This document shows positions 58,047 through 64,000 of a DNA stretch of 64,000 nucleotides, in pieces; positions within the stretch are counted from its first letter, which is position 1; each line of letters begins with the position of its first letter. The DNA lies in the NCBI GenBank assembly GCA_032718475.1, contig JAUCBJ010007765.1, forward strand, positions 29,754-93,753. The letters are read 5' to 3'. This stretch comes from Nemertoderma westbladi. Lineage: Eukaryota > Animalia > Xenacoelomorpha. The position numbers were made by a program, and so were the translations under genes. The notes under the pieces are model-generated. The model did not search any database, was not told where the DNA came from, and saw only the letters and a list, made by a program, of their open reading frames with translations.

Positions 58047-58230
58047 CCGCCCTTGTAGTTTGTGTAGTGTTAATCCGTTGCCTTTAATTAACATCTCTCC
58101 AGAGGTCATGGGTTCGATCCCCGCAAAGGGGTCGGGAGAGTTTTCGTTTCAGGACGAACGCTTTAAAGGGACGAGCTAGGGCGCATTTCTCAAGGGCGTC
58201 CTTTAATGGGTACTGGAGTATCCTCTGGTG
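58047..58230 (+). mobile_element. possible tRNA-derived SINE head
   Basis: B box GGTTCGATCCC at 58111; A box weak. Confidence 0.35.
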
Positions 58231-59341
58231 AATAAAAATATGGTGGAATTAGGTGGCGTTCATAAAGTATGTCACGCAAATTTTCCATTTTTTTGACCCC
58301 CCCCCCCCCCCTTCTGTTACAAAAAACCTATTTTCGTAAATTTATAACCCCCCCCCCCCCCCCCCCCCCCCTTGACGAAAAATATTTTATTTCAGTAATT
58401 TAATAACAGTTAGAAAGCACAATAGAAAGTGAAACATTTTGACTGAAGTAGTTCTTACTAAAAGCCTATACATACTTTAGCAGCTTCAAACTACAATACT
58501 GTATAATGTACATGTACAAGGCAGACTAGACAGGGGTGCCCTGTTAATGTTAGGGATTAAATTCAATGTTATTGCGCCAATGTGGAAGGAAGCTAAGAAT
58601 GATATATGTATCAGTATATGATAATATAATAACAGAGAAGCGGCATTATACTGGCTTCTGGTCCGCGGACCAATGTATAATGTAATCATGTGTAATCATG
58701 TACAATAAAATAATAATAACAATGAAGTAATTCAATGTTTATTGTTTTGGTTCCCCCAACAAGCCACTGTAACCTGCTCCTTTACTAACCTGCTCATTTA
58801 AATGGCTTTGCCGGAAAACGTATTTGGTCCGCGGACCAAATACCAGTATATGGCCAGAGAAGCTATATGGTACTAAAAGTGGCAATAACACAAGATACAG
58901 CAATAATGGTAGGTACTGAGGTACCGTGTACCGGTATCGGTAGGTAAGAATCCCAGTATATGACGGGATCGGTAAAAGTGTTATACACATGCAGACCAGT
59001 AGTACCGGTTGGCCAGGCATGGCCTACAGTCAATCCCAATAGGGCAGGTAGCGCAATAGTGCTGCGCGGACTGGCGCAATATCTTCATTTTTCTTCCTTT
59101 ATTTTATTTTTTTTTGAGGTTGAAATAATTGGACACAAGTCCATTGAGGCAAGTGAGAAAGAGACAATAAACGAAATATGTACCACCATAATGTACTGGT
59201 GGTGATTGGCGAAGATATAACGACAATCTATCTAACTACTGTAAAACAATATAGTGGTTAAAGATGAATATATACTATTCAAAACACTAAATGAAACACT
59301 AAACTTCAGTTTTAAAATTCCTTATATATATATATGTATAT

Positions 59342-59446
59342 ATAGTTTGGAACAGTCTCTATAAGGTTGCGAGTATTTGTAATATCAACATATTGACTCA
59401 GTTTGTAGAATCGCTTGCAAGCGGTTTTAAACTAACAGTATAATTA
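59342..59446 (-). repeat. possible short 3' LTR of the Gypsy element, next to a (TA)n tract
   Basis: follows PPT-like AGTGGAGGTGA just after the stop; the partner LTR is outside the window, so boundaries are unverified. Confidence 0.35.
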
Positions 59447-59466
59447 TCACCTCCACTGGGCTGGCA

Positions 59467-62400
59467 CTACTGTGCAGGGAAACCATAGTAATCTGGTTTG
59501 CGTAATCCTCTCCGTGGGCGTAGTGATGTCAAGGGGTTGTTCGTATTCGTTTGGGTATACTCACTAGTAAGTGAGGGGGATATAGGAACACCACTAGTCA
59601 TTGGAGTGCCGAGAAGTGGTGTACGGCTTGGTTCTTCTTCCGCATGACATGGTTGATCTGTTATGGTAGTATTCAAATCATCCTCGTCAGAAAATTCATA
59701 TGGTGGGATAAGTGTAGGGATATGGTATGGCACCCGATAACAATCAGTGTATTGGACACGGTAGGCATGTGAACGTAATTGGCGTCCAACAAACTTTCTA
59801 ATATGACACCACTGTCCATCAATGGAAGCTATAATATAGCGGGGACGAGCCCAAGACTTTGAACCATCCGAGTAAAGGTGGACAAGATCTCCAACACTGA
59901 GAGATTCGGCTGGTGCTGCCAATGCAGGGCGACGCAGCTTGGACCTTTCACTAGACTGGTGGTTGGATAAACGAGTGTCCTGTTGACGGGAAATGAGGTC
60001 GACATCAGATACAGTCTGGTTGGTACAGATTGGTCTCGATGGGATATGATTTCCCTAGATGCAAGTCCACAAGAGCGGATCCGTGCATTAACATTGGCGA
60101 TAGCAAATACGAGAGTAAGAGAAGAGAATGGTCCACCAGTGGGTTGCAGATGAAGTAACTCCTCTTCGAGTTCACGCATAGCCCGTTCAGCTACCGGGTT
60201 CTTGTTTATGTTTTTACGACGGCCAAGCTCAAGCTGTAGGTTATGGGATGCTAGTGTTGTATCATTCACAAGGGCCTGGAAGGCTGGGGCAGGGTCGACA
60301 CGAATAACAGCTGGTGGACCATCGATAGGATTGAGGCCCACACAGAGTGTTAGTATAGCATCACGCATGGTTTCATGGCGCTCATCAGGGATGACACAAG
60401 CTGCTGTATATGACGAAACTGTTTCACGAATAAGGAAAATCAGTTGGCGGTTTTGACGAAGAACATCACCAGCAAATGAAAGGCCAACTGCAACAGGTGG
60501 TGGCTCACTGCTCTGAGGTATGAGGCGGGGGGGTGCTGTTGCGAGAGCAGCACACTGATGACAACATGAGGAGACTTGTCCAATAGCAGCATCCATGTCA
60601 AGAGCATAAAAGTACCGTGACACAATTCGTCGAAGTTGAGCACGTGGAGGATGCTTTAACTCTAAGTGGATAGAGGTTAGGAGGCCTATAAGAGCATGCC
60701 GGGGAATAACAATGAGTTCCCGGGGGGAGTTGAAGGGGGCACTGTGTTTGACGACAAGGAGGTCGTCTGAAGAGACAATTGTATTGCCAAGATATCGTTT
60801 GACGTCACGAATATTCGTGAGCTTCTTAGAGGGTCGGGTGCCCTGGCGAAGGTGTGCCTTGGTACGACGAATATCACCACATTCATCTTGGGTGAGGCGC
60901 CATGCAGGACGACTGGCATATATGGGATGGCTGGGAGGTACCGTATTGGACTCACATGCCCCAGTACGGTAATGTAGGGGTGGAGCGTCTGTTGTCAAGT
61001 CACATCTAGGGGGTAATATGTCTGTAGTATCAGTCAGAGCACGAATGATAGGGGATGATGACTCAATATTGACAAACTGGCAGATTTTACATGTTTGGGA
61101 ACTGCAGGGGAGGGCATTGCGGCTCTGAAAGTCTGCAGTTAAGTTGGTAGCACCCTTTATGTGTGATATGGTTATATTAAACTGGGACACTGTAGCCAGA
61201 AACGTTGAGAGTCGAGGGCTGGCTGAATAGGCCCCACGTGATAACTTTAGAAAGGCCTGAACACATGGCTTACTATCTGTTAAGACAGTAGATTGATGAA
61301 TAGAATGAGTTATATAGGGAGAGAAGTGCTGAACAGCCATGGCGATAGCAAGTCCCTCAAGCTCACAAGGGAGCCATGAGGCCTGATGGCTGCGTAGTTT
61401 TGCTGAATAATACCCAGCTATAAGGAAGGTTGATGCTCGTTGTGCATACAAAACAGCGCCAAGGCCATCTGTGCTCGAGGCAGCATCGGTGACAATATAG
61501 AGATGATCTGAAGGTCGCGGGATGACTACAGAGCGACAGGACTTGAGGGAGGCCTGCGCACGGCGAAAAGTCACAGATGTATCCTCAGTCCAAGCAACAG
61601 AATCACGGGGTTGGTCAGATAGTAAAGCTTCAAGAGGGCCAATCAGTGATGAACATCGTGGGAGCACTTTAGAAAGGACTTTATAGGAGCCTATAAAGGA
61701 ACGTAGCTCTCGGATGGTTGTTGGCATAGGACAACTAGCAAGTGTAGCAATGATATGGGGGGATGCTGTTAGTGAACCCTGTGTCCATTGCCAGCCCAGG
61801 ATAGAGGTAGTTCGGGGGCATATAACTGTTTTCTTTGGGGATAATCTTAAATTACAACGGTATAGCGCTGTGAGGAGAGCAGAGAAGTTTGTTAATAGTT
61901 CATTGATGGTATTTCCTCCACAATAGAGGTCGTCAGCTAACTTAGTAACTCCTCCTTGTATAAGCAGGTCACCGAGAACACGGCACATTAATTCTTCAAG
62001 AGCCGTCTCTGAACCTGGCATCCCCATGGCACACCTGACATACACTCGTACACCGCGGAATGGTGTTACAACCCCACAAAACTTCATCGATGCCTGCTCT
62101 AAAGGGATTTGGTAGAAGGCAGATGTTAAATCAGTTTTAATGAGATATTTGTAAGACCCGAGTATGCGCAGGGTTGAAGTAACATCTGGGAGCAATGCTG
62201 GTTGAGGTTTGCAGTAACGAGCCACTTCATTAAAAGCTGTCACGAGACGTGTGCCACCATTTGGCTTAGCTACTAAGAATGATGGGGAAAGATATTCTAC
62301 ATTGACAGGTACAGATTCGGGTGTAGCAAAAACACCGAGGTGTTCCAGCTCATCAAAACGTTGCTGTAACTCAAGTAGACGGTTCCGGGCATATTGGGGT

Positions 62401-64000
62401 AGGCGTCCTTTATGTTGGGGTGGGAGGGTTGGTCCCATATTCACAACAGCTTTGTAAGGACCAGCAGCCCCATTATATCCTGGGTACCTGGTATCAAATA
62501 CGGAATCAAACTCTTCTAACAAGGTCTGGAACTGCTTTTGATCAGAACTGGTAAGGATGTTATCTGGGTCCAGGGATACAGATAGAGAGTGCTGCACAGA
62601 TGGGGATGGTGAGTTACAAATATTCTTACTTGGTGTGGTAATAATAGTATGTGCTGCATCAGGTTGGATTATAGCAGGGGTGGATGTGCAGATGTGGGAG
62701 TTCCGTTTAATGGAAACAGGGGAGGGTGACATATTTGGGATGCTGATTTTGCCAGCAGAGGGATGTACGACCATAGGGGAAAACCATGAAGACGGTGAAG
62801 GACACTTATCATGTGGTATATGTGGTGCAACAAGAAGGGGAGTATCTGGATTGATATGCGAAGGTAGGGGTAGGGATAAATGGTCTCCAGGCCATATTAC
62901 AGTGGATTGTGGCGGTGCACGTAGTAGAAGGGTTTCAACACGTCTTACGTGTGGTGTATGTAAAGTAGATGGGACATAAGAGATGGAACTACCATCTCGA
63001 AATGTTAGGCGGTTAAGTGCAGGGCGAATGGATATATCATTGGCCTGCAAAAATGGCATGCCGGCAATGATTGGGGTTCCTAGAGTGGTAACAACTAGCC
63101 CATTAAAGGGAAAGGAGAAAGACTCATATTGTATGTTGAATGTGGTTTCACCAACTACTTGAAGTTTTGATACACCATCTGCAAGGGCAGGAATCTGCCG
63201 GGAACTGGGGTTTATGGGGACATTGAGCTTATGTGCTAATGACTCTAGGAGTAGGTTGGACTCTGAACCGCTGTCAATTGTGATGCAGTATGGGTACCCA
63301 TTAGTATAGATATTAAGGGAAGGTGAACGGACAACCGCAACACGCTGCACTAGAGGGGGGTCATCGATGTGTCTCTCAGGTGTCGTATCAATATTATTGT
63401 CATCCTGGTAAGTAGACTCTTCATTATCCTCAAGGTCTATAAACCGGGTATGAGTGATATATTGGCGATCCTTTTCAGGCAGGAAGGGGCAGCTGCTCAA
63501 GAAGTGGTTGGTCTGTTGGCGGCCTACCTGGTGGCAAAGTGGACATGTAGGGTTGGGTCGCTTTCGTACTGCCTGGCGCTGAAACTGTGAAGATGAGCGA
63601 GAATTGTATCGACGCCCTGGTGGGTATGCTGAGGTAGTTTGCGCACGGAAGGAGCATACTTCCATTGAAGTGTTTATCTGTTCAAGCAGGGAGGGCAATG
63701 CTTGACTAATTTCTGGTTTGATAGAAGCCAAAGTGCGGGATCTGAGCTCTGTACCATAGCGTTGTTGCACTAGGCGCGGAAGTTCCTCATTAATGAGGTG
63801 TAACCAGGTTAGAACAATAAAATTTTCTAACGATGGCGAAACTTCCTCATCACTATCAGGGATCACTCCGTGGTGTGAAATTCCACCAGCATGTGATAGT
63901 AAGTTGTCTTCCATGAATGCTGTAAGTCTCTGGAACAAGTCTTCAGGGCGTTCTTCAGCTTCAAGATGGAGTGAAGCAAAATCAAGGAACCTGGCACCTT
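59467..64000 (-). CDS. pol: Ty3/Gypsy gag-pol (5' end beyond the window; one frameshift near 60028)
   Basis: CPLC..HFLSSC, IDSGS protease, DLTSAFYQ and KLADDL RT, VTDAA..CELE..TDSKP RNase H, H..H..CHQC, FAGDV, RVDPA and AERAMRE integrase; frame stays open to the window end. Confidence 0.93.

Overview
AT-rich, intron-rich and repeat-dense DNA from an invertebrate animal, not prokaryotic. Host genes: (1) five plus-strand exons of a ShKT-ShKT / PTTAE-mucin / DUF5648-like gene whose 5' end lies outside the window; (2) a 4-exon minus-strand LITAF-domain gene that the ORF track misses (15923-23605); (3) an intronless 558-aa ORF with a spectrin-repeat-like segment; (4) the last exon of an SCLT1-like gene. 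Most of the rest is transposable elements: RTE, RTEX-like, L2 and CRE-like LINE fragments, a Penelope-like fragment with a minimal hammerhead ribozyme, several MITE/TIR elements (one with a ~60-copy 57-59-bp satellite grown from its terminal repeat) and a truncated Ty3/Gypsy element at the right edge. The standout is an 18.5-kb BEL/Pao LTR retrotransposon (28722-47254, minus strand, ~1.9-kb LTRs). After gag-pol it carries a ~1240-codon extra ORF with a DEDDy/RNase D-type 3'-5' exonuclease domain and three zinc knuckles. Each LTR holds a tRNA-like Pol III unit (A box, B box, T6). There is no canonical PBS, but a UNCG hairpin sits at that position, and a ~21-nt hairpin motif recurs seven times through the internal region. 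All domain calls come from motif recognition by eye; no database searches were run.
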